A stretch of DNA of 64,000 nt, taken from NCBI GenBank assembly GCA_963514005.1, contig OY740783.1:42470001-42534000 (forward strand), written 5' to 3'. Shown piece by piece: positions 13,103-25,954 of this stretch; position 1 is the first letter of the stretch; every line of letters begins with the position of its first letter. The notes under the pieces were generated by a model. That model was not told the origin of the DNA. It made no database searches and saw only the letters and a program-made list of their open reading frames with translations. The translations under genes and the position numbers were made by a program. The DNA is from Raja brachyura (lineage: Eukaryota).

Positions 13103-13443
13103 AAGGTAGACACAAAATGCTGGAGTAACTCAGCGGGTGAGGCAGCATCTCTGGAGAGAAGGAATGGGCGACGTTTCGGGTCGAGACCGTTCTTCAGACT
13201 GATGATGGGGAGGGGGTGGGACAAAGATAGAATGTCGTCGGAGACAGTAATGCTAGTGGGAGAACTGGGAAGGAGAAGGGGATGGAGAGAGAAAGCGACA
13301 GCTATCTGAAGTTAGAGAAGTCAATGTTCATACCACATGGGTGTAAACTACCCAAGCGAAATATGATGTGCTGTTCCTCCAATTTGCACTGGTGAAAATG
13401 TTGGAGGATTAAAAAATGTTGGAGGAATATGAAATGTTGGAGG
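13103..13443 (-). mobile_element. Penelope terminal fragment with 15-bp TSD
   Basis: TSD attttcagttattcg (13088-13102) / attttcaattattcg (13444-13458); hammerhead-like core at 13170-13198; three copies of aaatgttggagga at the distal junction. Confidence 0.8.
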
Positions 13444-14137
13444 ATTTTCAATTATTCGTTTTGTCCATCAATAATACTGAATGGAAATTGAATAAGTACA
13501 TAGAGATTTATAATTGGGAAAAGCTGACTGTGGCAAAACTGGTAATATAATGTAAGATTTTCAGATATGTAGCTTATTCATATTTGGAACATGTTGTATT
13601 AGAAGAATAAAAAAAGCATTCCAAACCAGGGGTGGTGGAGGAGGCTGGTATGATAGTGGTGTTTAAGAGGCTTTTCAATAGGCAGATGCAAGGGCAGGAA
13701 TAGAGGGACACGGATCATTTGCAAGCAGATGAGAGTGGTTTAACTTGGTATCATTTTTGGCAAAAACGTTGTGGGCTGAAGGGCTCTTTCCTGTGCCATA
13801 CTCTTCAATACTCTATATATGGATGGGACATTAATATTTCTGAATGATCGGAAGATAAAGGTGTAGAATTAATTCTTTGGGTTAGTTTATTTTTTTAAAT
13901 AAAGTTACATTATGAAGAAAACATTGTGAAATGCCATTTAGATTTGTCATTTCTATAAAGAAATGCCAATTTCAATATTATTAGGATTTAACCTTTATCC
14001 GAGATTTCTTCAGTCCCTTCTGTACTGGAATGTGAACTTCTTGCAATGAGCTGCAACATCTCAAGGATGATTATGAAGTATAAGTGCTTCAGCTGCTATT
14101 CTATTTAAATTTGCACCATCTGCCACTAAACCAACTG

Positions 14138-14424
14138 GGCCACACAGTGGAGCAGCTGGTGGAGCTGCTGCCTCATGGCACCAGAGACCCAAGTTCAATC
14201 CTGTCTGTGTGGACTTTGCATGTTCAGCACGTGACTGAGTGGGTTTCCTCCCACATCCCAATAACTTGGGGGGCTGTTGGTTAATGGCTTCTGTTTAAAA
14301 AAAAAGCCCCTAATCGGCACTGCGAATAAGAATGTGGGATAACATAGAACTCGTGTTTTATGGTTGATGTGGACTTGGTAGACTGACGGGCCTGTTTCCA
14401 TGCTGTATCACTAAACTAAAACTA
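14138..14424 (+). mobile_element. HE1-type V-SINE
   Basis: tRNA-like head agtggagcagctggtggagctgctgcctc...ccagagacccaagttcaatcctg; tail gggcctgtttccatgctgtatcactaaactaaa. Confidence 0.8.
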
Positions 14425-14943
14425 ACAACAGTAGTTATTATTATTTTCCAGTGTTATTGGTCTGCCATCCAACTTTCTAGTTCTGTCAAGTATTCAGAAA
14501 AGATGCCGATTCTTTTTCTGTTGCTTTAGTTCAACCTAAACCATATGCTTGGTTGTGCTTATGAATCGGGACAGCTCCCAAACTGCCACTAGGAACTGAG
14601 TTGGAATAATTGCTCTGAAGTTTTGGGCTGTTAAAAGTCATCAGTGTCGTATCTAACTCATAAAAGCAATAGGGCTAATGCTCATCTGGATTTGCTCTAA
14701 TGTCTAGATTTTAAATTGCTCTGCGACAGGAAGTGCTGGCTGGAAAGGCAGATTTTTTTTTTGCCCAGCTCTGTATATCCATTGGCTCCAAATTTATTTT
14801 AACAGATTGTACAGACCGCCTCAGGTGAATAACCTTCTCCAGTCAGGCTAGTTCCATTGGGAGCTGAAGATTTAAAAATAAATATATTTTCTTTGCACTT
14901 TGGCATTAACAAATAATTTTGATATTTTTTAAAATCTGATCAT

Positions 14944-15176
14944 CTTTTTCACCCAGAGAGTTGTGAATGTGTGGAATTCCCTGCCACAGAAGGCAGTGGA
15001 GGCCAAATCACTGGATGGATTTAAGAGGGAGTTAGATAGAGCTTTAGGGGCTAGTGGAATCAAGGGATATGGGGAGAAGGCAGCCACGGGTTATTGATTG
15101 GGGATGATCAGCCATGATCACAATGAATGGCGATGCTGGCTCGAAGGTGCTGGATGAATGTTTCTATGCTTCTATG
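14944..15176 (+). mobile_element. CR1 LINE 3' end
   Basis: tttttcacccagagagttgtgaatgtgtggaattccctgcc... ending in a ttctatg tail; another decayed CR1 piece follows at ~15430-15740. Confidence 0.8.
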
Positions 15177-16029
15177 CCAAGGCATGCTGAATGCACTGCT
15201 GCTGCTTACAGACAATTTGAACTGAAATCCTGGTGTCTATCTCTATTCCAGAAATTTAATAGGCTTATTCTGACTTTTGAGGAAATCCAATATGGGGAGG
15301 GGGAGGGTCAGCAAATGGAAGTAGACAAATAACAGAAGGATGTAATGTTGTCTGCTGGAATATTTTAGCCAATTTTACATCAGTGCACAAAGTTTTCCTT
15401 TGGGAGCTTTGCTTAATATGGACAAGAATTATGTTCAGTTGTATGACGTTGGCGAGGCCACATTTGGAGTATTGTGTTCAGTATTGGTCACACTGTTATT
15501 GGAATTTTGTTAAGTTGGGAGTAAGTGCAGCGTGCAGAGAACCTTTAAGACTTTTGGTAAGATATGTCTTTAGCCCGAGGATGGTGAATCTGTTGATTTA
15601 ATTGCCATAGACGGCAGTGAAGGCTGTCAATGGGTATTTTTAAAGTGGAGATTGATAGCTTTTCGATTAGTAAGGGTGTCAAAGGTTATGGGGTGAAAGC
15701 AGGAGAATGGGGCTGAGGGGAAAATAGATCAGCCATGATTGCATGGCAGATTTCGCAGTCTGAGATCTTGGAAAGCTGTGTATGTTCACACCATCCTTTT
15801 GGACTTCCTGATATCCCCCAGCAGATGCACTGCCAAACAGAAGGCATTGTTAGCCTGCTTTTGGGCTTATTTTCCAGCAAATATAAACCTATTGCATTCT
15901 GTGGATCAAGTTCACTTGCAGGAATTCTTAATGTATGAAAAGCCTACTGCATTAATCTACTTACAATAATCTCCTGCAAGTTAACAGGCTTTTAACAGAT
16001 TTGATGAAGGGCATTCTGCCCACCCTCCC

Positions 16030-16432
16030 CTCTGCTCCCCAACACTCTCGTCCCCAATCCCCCTTGTCCACTTCCTCTGCCCTTTCTTTGTCGCACCTGA
16101 CCATCAAGGCTGAGCAGGTGAGGAAAGAGCTGAGCAGACACCGCCCAGGCAAAGTCACGAGTCCTGATGGCGTCAGTGAGAGTCCTAGGGTACTCAAGGC
16201 GTGTGCCAGCCATTTGTGCAGAGTAGTCCATCATATCAGCCTGAGCGTGGAGAGAGTTCCTGTGATGGGGAAGATATCCTGCCTGGTTCCTGTACCAAAG
16301 AGGAGGCATCCCAGCTCCTCCAATGACTACAGACTGGTGGTGCTGACTTCACACATCATGAAGTCCCTGGATAGGCTGGGGCTTACTCACCTGCAACCCC
16401 TGGTTAAACTCTACCTGGACCCCTTGCAGTTC
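16030..16432 (+). mobile_element. Degraded Rex1/Babar RT fragment
   Basis: ORF 16001-16495 contains PDGVS..RVLKACASHL...ISCLVPVPK...NDYRLVVLTSHIMKSLDRL...LDPLQF. Confidence 0.85.
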
Positions 16433-17155
16433 CCCTCCCCCCCTCCCCCAATCTTTGCACATCCCAAATCCTGGACTTTCCACTCGTCACTTTAATTTCA
16501 TGTTTCTTGTATCTTGTTGAGTTTTGTGACTGTTGGCAGACAGGTTCTATCATATCGTTATGTTTGAAAACTTCCCCTATTTCTCACAGCTTTGCACCAA
16601 GATCATAATTATATGGTCATGTGATAACACCATCTCATTGCTGCATTTTAGAAATGTTTAATTCATGGTAGTCAATAAAAAATCGAATTATAGCATAATT
16701 GTCTGGCGTCTAGTTGCCATGAATTTTGTTTTTCTGTTGAAGTAATTCAGTGTTTAAAATTTATTAATTTGATCAGTGAATATGAAAATAAAACTGCCAT
16801 ATTAAATAGTGAATATTTAATGACTATAAAATTGACCTTTTTATGTGATTGGCTAAAATTAGGCTTTCCATCTTAAAACGATGCATTGTGAAATCATTCT
16901 CGAGGTGCTAAAAATATATCTGGTTGAATCTTGCTGTTAAATGTCAGCAGTTCCATGACAATATGCTGGCTTTTATCTGCTTCAATTTACATGTTCAGGC
17001 CTTTGGCGCACATGTATCCAGATATTGATATCTTAAACTTACTGACAAATTGCCACTTGCTGAGATTCTGCAGCAATTACTGGCAATTCTACTTGCGGAT
17101 ACTGCACCAGCTGAGACCTGGGACTGAATTAATGGGGCACGGGGAGTTACACATG

Positions 17156-17385
17156 CAAGCACAAGCACAGTCGTGCAGCCAGCAGAGATGCTGCCTCAGA
17201 TCCACAGTGACCTGGGTGCAATTCTGACTTTGAGTGTTGCCTGTGTGGAGTTTGCACTTTCTCCCTGTGATCAAGAGGGTCTTCTTTGGCTGCTCTGATT
17301 TCCTTACACATCTCAAAGATCTGACAGTTTTAGGCTAATTAATTAATCCTTGTAAATTGTCCCCAAATGGTTGGTAGAATCTAGG
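17156..17385 (+). mobile_element. Diverged HE1-type V-SINE, partial
   Basis: gcacagtcgtgcagc...gctgcctcag...gtgtggagtttgcactttctccctgtg...gtaaattgtcccc. Confidence 0.65.
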
Positions 17386-17841
17386 ATTTGTTTTGATTTA
17401 TTGATACTTATCACACGTTACATGTCACAATAAAATTGTTTGTTTTGCAGACCATGCACAAGGTATGTAATGAGTCACCAAGTATAGAGCGCTAACACAG
17501 TTACATTTGAAAGGAAAATGAATGAGAAATAAAGTTGGTGTAACACTAGTGTAAATGGGTGCACAATCGTTGCAAATTAATTGGGCTGAAGTCCAGTTGC
17601 CATGTTGCACGATTCTATGACTGCCAGTGACATTCAGCAAAATTAGGAACAAAGCTTTGTTTTATCTATCAAAGAACTTCTTAACCGTTACTTGTTGGTG
17701 TCTTTTCTTGTCCCAGTTACATTTGGCAATGGCTTTAGGCCACCCAGTATGTGCAGTTCAAACCAATGCTAGCACCTACACCAGAATGCTTTTGGGAGTT
17801 TATTTGTTCCTAAATATGCAAACAGGTAAATGTAGTGAACC

Positions 17842-17941
17842 GAAGATAGACACAAAGAGCGCGAGTATCTCAGCGGGACAGACAGCATCTCTGGAGAGAA
17901 GGAATGGGTGACGTTTCGGGTCGAGACCCTTCTTCACACTA
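17842..17941 (-). mobile_element. Solo Penelope terminal repeat (~100 bp) with 8-bp TSD
   Basis: TSD agtgaacc at 17834-17841 and 17942-17949; hammerhead-like core at 17910-17938. Confidence 0.8.
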
Positions 17942-18937
17942 AGTGAACCAATGTTTCCCTTGTAAGTTATATTGCCCAGAATTGTGCATAACGTTCCTGA
18001 TGTGATTTAATCAGATCATATTGCTGCAATGAAACATGGTCCCCTTCATATTCATCCCCTCTGCTTATAATGGCTAATTTAATATGTTTAGTGATTTCAT
18101 TCTGTTCTCATTTCACTAACTGATACTGAACTTTTAAATTTATTTCTACAGCTATAATGGAACAGTAGGATAAATTGGATAAATTCATTCACTTAAGGCA
18201 TTAATATTAAATGTTTGAGTCAAGGTCATATCTTCCACAGCATATTGCTGCTTTTCTCATTTACTGATGCTCCAGGAATATAATAGACATCCAGCCAAAA
18301 GTCAATTAGCTAGTCAGACTTGAACAATTTACTTACTTAATTGAGTGGACTAAATATTTAATATTTTAAAATCAGCCTCAGTTTTTGCTGCGCTCATCAA
18401 TCTCCTATATTCTTAATCTTTTCTCTCCCACCCCTCTCCACGTTCTACGGTGTAAGCTACAAATGCCTCATTCATTATCTCTACTTGCATGACTGTAGCA
18501 TATTCTCTTTGGAAATGAAATGGAAAGTAATTTGTTCGGTAATATGATTAACAATACAGGTTAGTAATTTCTTCTGGTGTAAACATAATGCAAATCATAT
18601 AACCATTTTGGATAATGTGTGTAAATGACCATTGCAAAGAACCCCAACCCAAAACGTCACCTAAACCTTGTTCTCCAGGAATGCTGCCTTACCCTCTGAA
18701 TTACTCCAGCATTTTGTGTCTTTTATTGCTATGTGATTGTTGCTCAAGAAGAGGTAGAGGTTCAATTCAAACACTAAAATAGCTTTGCCTTACAATCAAC
18801 CATCCACTTTTTCAATTACCTCAAGTGTAGTCAATACGGTGAAAGGCCACAGCCATTCCCCAAGATAAGGACCAGAGAGGCAACTTTTTCACACTGGTGA
18901 TGAAATGAAGTTCAATGAAGGTTGGAGATAAGGTTAC

Positions 18938-19730
18938 AAAGTCATAGAGATCAGGCCTTTAGCCCAACTCATCTATGCCGACCAGGTTGGCTAAAAAAGC
19001 TAATCACATTTGCCTGCGCCTGGTTTAGAATCCCTCCAAACTTACCTATCCATGAACCTGTCTAGTTTAAATCTCATAATTGTAGCCACCTCTACCACGT
19101 TCTCTGACAGGTCATGTCATACATGCGCCACCTCTGTGTGAAAAATTTGCCCTGAGTTCCTTTAAAATCTTTCCCCTCTCACCTTAAATCTATGCCTTCT
19201 AGTTTTAGAATCTCCTACCCTAGGGAAAAGACTGTGGCTATTCATCCTATCTATGCCCTTCAAGATTTTATAAACCTCAATAAGGTCATGCCTGCGCATC
19301 CTATGCTTTAGCCACTTATAACTCAAACCCTCCAGACTCAATAACATGTTTGTAGATCTTTATTGCACCCTTTCCAGTGACATCCTTCCTTTAGCAGGGT
19401 GATCTGAACTGTTTGGTTCTCCAAATGTGGTTTAACCAATGCCTCGTACTGCTGGTAACATGACCTCTCAACTCCGTACTCAGTGCCTTGACCAATGCGG
19501 GCAAGCATGCCAAACACCACCTTCCACACCCGCTTACGTAAATCTATGTACCTGCAACCAGAGATCTCTGTTCTGTGACACTCTCAGGTCCAAACCTTTT
19601 ACTATGTAAATCCTGTCCTGGTTTGTCCTTCCCGGATGCCACATCTTGCATTTATCTGAATTGAAGTCTATCTGCCAATCCTTGGCCCATTGGCCCAGTT
19701 GATCAATATCCCATTGTAATCTTTGATGAA
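18938..19730 (-). mobile_element. Degraded CR1 LINE 3' part
   Basis: Minus-strand ORF pieces DLIEVYKILKGIDRMNSHSLFPRVGDSKTRRHRFKVRGERF and YEALVKPHLE. Confidence 0.8.
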
Positions 19731-19991
19731 GTCCTTTGTCACTTGAAGGATAATATATTGCAACGGCTCCTCAGAGCTTATACCAATTAAATGAATTCAC
19801 ATGGGTGCTTCAGACTAAATCCCTCAATGCAAAGCTGCTGAGTCGAGTTGAGTCATGTCCGCTGGCTAGGCCGTGAACTCTAGCTTGGCCTCCTGTCAAA
19901 ACAGTGCATGCCGCTGACACTGAGAAACACTCACAAGTAAAAACATTTTTTTCAAATATCAAACATTGATTTTTTTAAATAAAATGGAAAA

Positions 19992-20646
19992 TATTTTAAA
20001 ATCAAAACATCTGAAGTCTTTCAAATTATATTAAGCAATTAACAATGTACCAAATACATGAATGCAAAAACAGAGTAATGTAAATCTAAAGTAAAAGCAG
20101 AAAGTGATGGAAATATTCAATAGGTCAGGTAACTTCTATGGTGAGGGAATGTTTCAGGTCGATCTAGACATTTAGAAATAAAGTCAGATTTATGGAGCAG
20201 GGAAAGAAAGGAGAGTAGAAGAGGTCAGAAGTATGGAAAGTATGCAAGGTTAACGGTACCAAAAGACCAATTTTGCAAGGTGTTAAAAGACTAAATTAGG
20301 ACAAGAAAATAAAAGGTAAAGTTGGAGGAAGTGTATCTGCAGGGTAATTACTCTTCTACTCTCCTTTCTTTCCCTGCTCCATAAATCTGACTTTATTTCT
20401 AAATTTTTAGATCAACCTGAAACATTCCCTCACCATAGAAGTTACCTGACCTATTGAATATTTCCATCACTTTCTGCTTTTACTTTAGATTTACATTACT
20501 TTGTTTTCGCATTCATGTATTTGGTACATTGTTAATTGCTTAATATAATTTGAAAGACTTCAGATGTTTTGATTTTAAAATAATCAAAACATCTGAAGTC
20601 TTTCAAATTATATTAAGCAATTAACAATGTACCAAATACATGAATG
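19992..20646. repeat. 232-bp near-perfect inverted repeat plus a third 64-bp direct copy
   Basis: 19992-20223 is the reverse complement of 20351-20582 (about 5 mismatches by eye); 20583-20646 repeats 20001-20064. Confidence 0.95.
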
Positions 20647-20689
20647 AATGACCAAAATCTCTGAAATTTAAAAAGCTGTGATTTTTTAC

Positions 20690-21290
20690 TTCGGTAACAT
20701 GCCTGATTAGATATGATGTTACTCTTTGAGCTTATGTTTTAGCATTTTTGGGAATGCTGTGAAAGAGACCAAGAGATCAGAGAGGGAGTAAAACAATTAA
20801 AGTGAGACATGACAGGAATCTCAACGTCACACCTGTGGATGGAATGGAGGTATTTTGCCAAATTGTCACCCAAGTCCAGTGTTTCCCACTGCAGAGGAGA
20901 CTACACCACGAGGAGTGATTACAATGTACTGAAGAAGTTCAGAGTACAAAGAAGGGGAAATAAGTCAATGCTTCACCTAGAAAGAAGGATTGGAGTCCTG
21001 GTCTATGAGGAGTGAGATGGTAGAAGAGCTGTTGCCTCTGGTGGATGCCTACTAAGTAGTGTTCTATGAAAGGGTTTGGGTGTTGTCGGAGGTGCATGAA
21101 TGAACCAGAGGGAGAAGCAAAACCTCTATGGACTAAAATTGGAGGAAAGGGAAAGATTTGTTTGAGTTATATTTGAAGAATTGGTATTAAAGGTGACATT
21201 GTTGGAATAGATGCAACTGAGGCGAATAAACTGGTGATGGTGTGAAGTCTTCGGAGGAGGCAGGGTGGAGGTAGAGGTAGCTAAATTAGC
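20690..21290 (-). mobile_element. Highly decayed Penelope-like fragment
   Basis: Reverse strand around 20840-20890 resembles the G.T...LGD.FA..L region of the GIY-YIG domain seen at ~9960-10010. Confidence 0.45.
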
Positions 21291-21656
21291 TAAATTAGCA
21301 GTGGCAGTCTGTGTATTCGTCAAGGATACTGAAGGTACCAGCACTTGCTTTTATTCCTAAAAGCCAGCCTCCATCATTGAGATTGGTAATGAGCAGATCC
21401 CCTAATACTATCAAGTTGAGTTTATTGTCATATCATAGAATCATAGAAAATAGGTGCAGGAGTAGGCCATTCGGCCCTTCGAGCCTGCACTGCCATTCAA
21501 TATGATCATGGCTGATCATCCAACTCAGTATCCTGTACCTGCCTTCTCTCCATACCACCTGATCCCTTTAGCCACAAGCTCTAACTCCCTCTTAAATCTG
21601 GCCAATGAACTGACCTCAACTACCTTCTGTGGCAGAGAATTCCACAGACTCACCAC

Positions 21657-22790
21657 TCACTGTGTGAAAAATGATCTTCTCATCTCGGTCCTAAAAGACT
21701 TCCCCCTTATCCTTAAACTGTGACCTCTTGTTCTGGAGTTCCCCAACATCGGGAACAGTCTTCCTGCATCTAGCCTGTCCAACCCCTTAAGAATTTTGTA
21801 AGTCTCTATAAGATACCCCCTCAATCTCCTAAATTCCAGCGAGTATAAACAGAGTCTATCCAGTCTTTCTTCATATGGAAGTCCTGCCATCCCAGGAATC
21901 AGTCTGGTGAACCTTCTCTGTACCCCCTCTATGGCAAGAATGTCTTTCCTCAGATTAGGAGACCAAAATTTTATGCAATACTCCAGCTGTGGCCTCACCA
22001 ATACCCTGTACAACTGCAGTAGAATCTTCCTGCTCTTGTACTCAAATCCTTTTGCTATGAATGCCAACATACCATTCGCTTTCTTCACAGCCTGCTGCAC
22101 CTGCATGCCTACTTTCAATGACTGGTGTACCATAACACCGAGGTCTCGTTGCATCTCCCCTTTTCCTAATCGGCCATCATTTAGATAATAGTCTACCCTC
22201 CTGTTTTTGCCGCCAAAGTGGATAACCTCACATTTATCCACATTATACTGCATCTGCCATGCATTTGCCCACTCACCTTGCAGCCTCCTAGCATCCTCCT
22301 CACAGCTAACACTGCCCCCCAGCTTCGTGTCATCCGCAAACTTGGAGATGTTGCATTCAATTCTCTCATCCAGATGATTAATATATATTGTAAATAGCTG
22401 GGGTCCCAGCAATGAGCCTTGCGGTACCCCACTAGTCACTGCCTGCCATTCTGAAAATGACCCGTTTACTCCTACTCTTTGCTTCCTGTCTGCCAGCCAG
22501 TTCTCTATCCATATCATTACTGAACCCCCAATACCGTGTGTTTTAAGTTTGTATGCTAATCGCTTATGTGGGACCTTGTCGAAAGCCTTCTGAAAGTCCA
22601 GATATAACACATCCACAGGTTCTCCCTTATCCACTTTACTAGTTACATCCTCAAAAAATTCTATAAGATTCATCAGACATGATTTATTTTTCATAAATCC
22701 ATGCTGACTTTGTCCAATGATTTCACCACTTTCCAAATGTGCTGCTATCCCATCTTTAATAACTGACTCTAGCATTTGCCCCACTACCAA
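21657..22790 (-). pseudogene. CR1 ORF2 reverse transcriptase domain (377-aa open remnant)
   Basis: Non-LTR RT motifs present, but the ORF is frameshifted from upstream parts, carries small deletions and is interrupted. Confidence 0.9.
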
Positions 22791-23211
22791 TGTTAGACTA
22801 ACTGGTCTGTAAGTCCCCGTTTTCTCTCTCCCTCCCTTTTTAAAAAAGTGGGGTTACATTAGCTACCCTCCAATCCTCAGGAACTACTTCAGAATCTAAA
22901 GAGTTTTGAAAAATTATCACTAATGCATCCACTATTTCTGGGGCTACTTCCTTAAGTACTCTGGGATGCGGCCTATCTGGCCCTGGGGATTTATCGGCCT
23001 TTAATCCATTCAATTTAGCTAATACCACTTCCAGGCTAACCTGGATCTCATTTGACCCCCGGTCCCCTGCTATTTGCAGTGGATTATTTATGTCTTCCTT
23101 AGTGAAGACAGAACCAAAGTTGTTATTCAATTGGTCTGCCATGTCCTTGCTCCCCATGATCAATTCACCAGTTTCTGACTGCAAGGGACCTACATTTGTT
23201 TTAACTAACCT

Positions 23212-25300
23212 GAGGGGGCTGTCTCTGTCTTACAGGAACAGTTTCAGCAAACAGACTGGAGTTTGTTTGCCACCCAGGCCACCTTTAACTCCCATGTGGA
23301 CATAAATTCATACACCTCAACTGTTCTGGACTACATAAAATTCTGCACTGATAACGTCACCACCCATAAAGTGATAAAGACCTTCCCTAATCAGAAGCCG
23401 TGGATGAGCAGGGAGGTCAGACTCCTGCTGAAGGCTCGAGACGCCGCTTTTAAATCTGGCGACGCTGAGGGATACAGCTCATCCAGGGCCAATCTGAAAA
23501 AGGGAATTAGGAATGCTAAACTCAATCACAAACAGCGGATTGAGGAGCATTTCCGAAACAACTCCGACCCCAGGCGCATGTGGCAAGGAATGTCCATTGC
23601 CGACTACCATAAAATCAACACCCCCCCCCCGGACAACGCCTCCCTTCCTAATGAGCTAAACCACTTCTATGCTCGCTTTGACTGGGACAACAAAACTCCA
23701 GCCATCAAAGTTGCTCCACCCCCGAATGAACAACCCCTCAGTCTCTCCACCTCTGCTGTACAAGACGCACTGAGCAAGGTGAATGAGCACAAAGCTGCCG
23801 GCCCCGATGGCATCCCCGGGCGGGTGCTCAGGGCATGTGCTGGACAACTATCCCTGGTCCTCACTGACATTTTCAATCTGTCACTGGCCCAGGGTGTCGT
23901 CCCCACTTGCCTCAAGACATCTACCATTGTGCCAGTGCCCAAACAATCAGCGACAGGGAGTCTCAACGACTACCGGCCAGTGGCACTCACCCCTGTCATC
24001 GCTAAGTGCTTTGAGCGGCTGATCCTGGCTCACCTCAAAGCCAGCCTCCCCCCCACACTGGACTCCCACCAATTTGCCTTCCGGACAAACAGGTCTACAG
24101 AGGACGCCATATCGACGGCCCTACACTCTGCCCTGACCCACCTGGACAGCAACAACACCTACATCAGGCTGCTGTTTATTGACTCCAGCTCTGCCTTTAA
24201 CACTGTCATACCCGCTAGCTTGATCACCAAACTCAGCGGTCTTGGCATCTCCACCTCCCTCTGCAATTGGACACTGGATTTCCTCACTAACAGACCACAG
24301 TTAGGGTCAACAACCTCACCTCCTCCACTATAACACTGAACACCGGCGTGCCACAGGGCTGTGTGCTCAGCCCTCTCCTCTACTCCCTCTTCACGCATGA
24401 CTGCATCCCTAAGTATGGCTCCAACGCCATCATAAAATTTGCCGATGACACCACGGTGGTAGGAATGATCAGTGATAATGACGAATCAGCCTACAGGGAG
24501 GAGGTCCAGCACCTGACTACCTGGTGTGCCAACAATAACCTCGTCCTCAACTCCCAGAAGACGAAGGAAATAATTGTTGACTTTAGGAAGAACAGAGGGG
24601 GCAGACACACCCCCATCCATATAAACGGGACTGAGGTGGAGCGGGTCTCCAACTACAAATTCCTCGGGATACACATCTCGGAGGATCTGTCCTGGTCCCT
24701 CAACACCTCAAAGCTAATCAAAAAGGCACAGCAGCGCCTTTACTTTCTGAGGAGGCTCAAAAAAGCCCACCTGTCCCCCCAGATCCTGACGAACTTCTAC
24801 CGCTGCACCATCGAAAGCATCCTGACCACCTGCTTTACGGTATGATACAGCAGTTGCACCGTGGCAGACAGGAAGGCACTACAACGGGTGGTGAAAACCG
24901 TCCAGTACATCATCGGTGCCCCGCTCCCTGCCTTGGATGCCCTCCACCGAAAACGGTGCCTGAAGCGGGCCGGGAAGATCATCAAGGACCCCTCACACCC
25001 TAATCATGGACTGTTTACCCTCCTCCCATCAGGGAGGCGGTACAGGAGCCTCAGGTCCCGCACCAGTAGGACGAAGAACAGCTTCTTCAACTACACCATC
25101 CGACTGCTGAACTCGGAGCCCAGCTGATAGATTTGTCTGTACCCTGCATTTATTTATTTTCCATACTGCTACCACTGCACTCTGTATTTGTTTTTCTATA
25201 TCGCTATCACTACGAATGACGCTAAACTGCATTTCGTTGTACCTATACTTGTATTTGTGCAATGACATTAAACTTGAATTGAATTGAATTGAAAGAATTG
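23212..25300 (+). mobile_element. Young 5'-truncated Rex1/Babar LINE inserted antisense into CR1
   Basis: ORFs 23263-24333, 24348-24845 and 24861-25127 with [49 protein letters not shown]; (ttgaa)n tail; apparent TSD aacct at 23207-23211 and 25301-25305; one frameshift near 24300 and a stop near 24843. Confidence 0.95.
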
Positions 25301-25954
25301 AACCTTTTTCTCTTCGCATATCTATAAAAACGTTTGCAGTCCGTCTTCATGTTCCCTGCCAGTTTTCTTTCATAATCTATTTTCCCTTTTTTAATTAAGC
25401 ACTTTGTCCTCCTCTGCTGGACTCTGAATTTCTCCCAGTAGGGTAGGCTGCTTTTTCTGGCTAATTTGTATGCTTCATCTTTAGTTGTGATACTATCCCT
25501 GATTTCCGTTGTTATGCACGGATGCACTACCTTCCCTGGTTTATTCTTTTGCCAAACTGGGATGAACAATTGCTGTAGTTCATCCATGCAGTCTTTAAAT
25601 GCCTTCCATTCCATATCCACCGTCAACCCTTCAAGAATCACTTGCCAGTCTATCTTGGCCAATTCACGTCTCATACCCTCAAAGTTACCTTTCTTTAAGT
25701 TCAGAACCCTTGTTTCTGAATTAACAATGTCACTCTCCATCCTAATGAAGAACTCAACCATATTATGGTCACTCTTGCCCAAGGGGTCACGCACAACAAG
25801 ACTTCTAACTAACCCTTCCTCATTACTCAGTACCCAGTCTAGAATAGCCTGCTCTCTCGTTGGTTCCTCTACATGTTGGTTCAGAAAACTATCCCGCATA
25901 CATTCCAAGAAATCCTCTTCCTCAGCACCCCTGACAATTTGATTCAGCACCCCT

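Larger units (their letters stand above)
21433..25954 (-). mobile_element. 5'-truncated CR1/HER1 LINE (ORF2 part: endonuclease C-terminus to RT), split by a Rex1 insertion
   Basis: ORFs 25243-25950 (FLNQHVEEPTREQAILDWVL...LGKSDHNMVEF), 22840-23184 (KSPGPD..HPRVLKE) and 21657-22790 (QHGF, YLDFQKAFDKVPH, SGVPQGS.LGP.LF, KFADDTK); (tctatga)n tail at about 21433. Confidence 0.95.

Noticed and set aside
14138-14215. tRNA genes at SINE heads
   Set aside because: Only decayed A/B-box-like motifs fused to a SINE body; no cloverleaf
14806-14824. Possible micro-exons (also 44261-44278 and an acceptor-like site at 2215)
   Set aside because: AG/GT signals this short arise by chance; no recognisable peptide or other support
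21657-24845. RT ORFs as a retron, DGR or other novel RT system
   Set aside because: Motifs, tails and truncation pattern are those of standard CR1 and Rex1/Babar non-LTR retrotransposons
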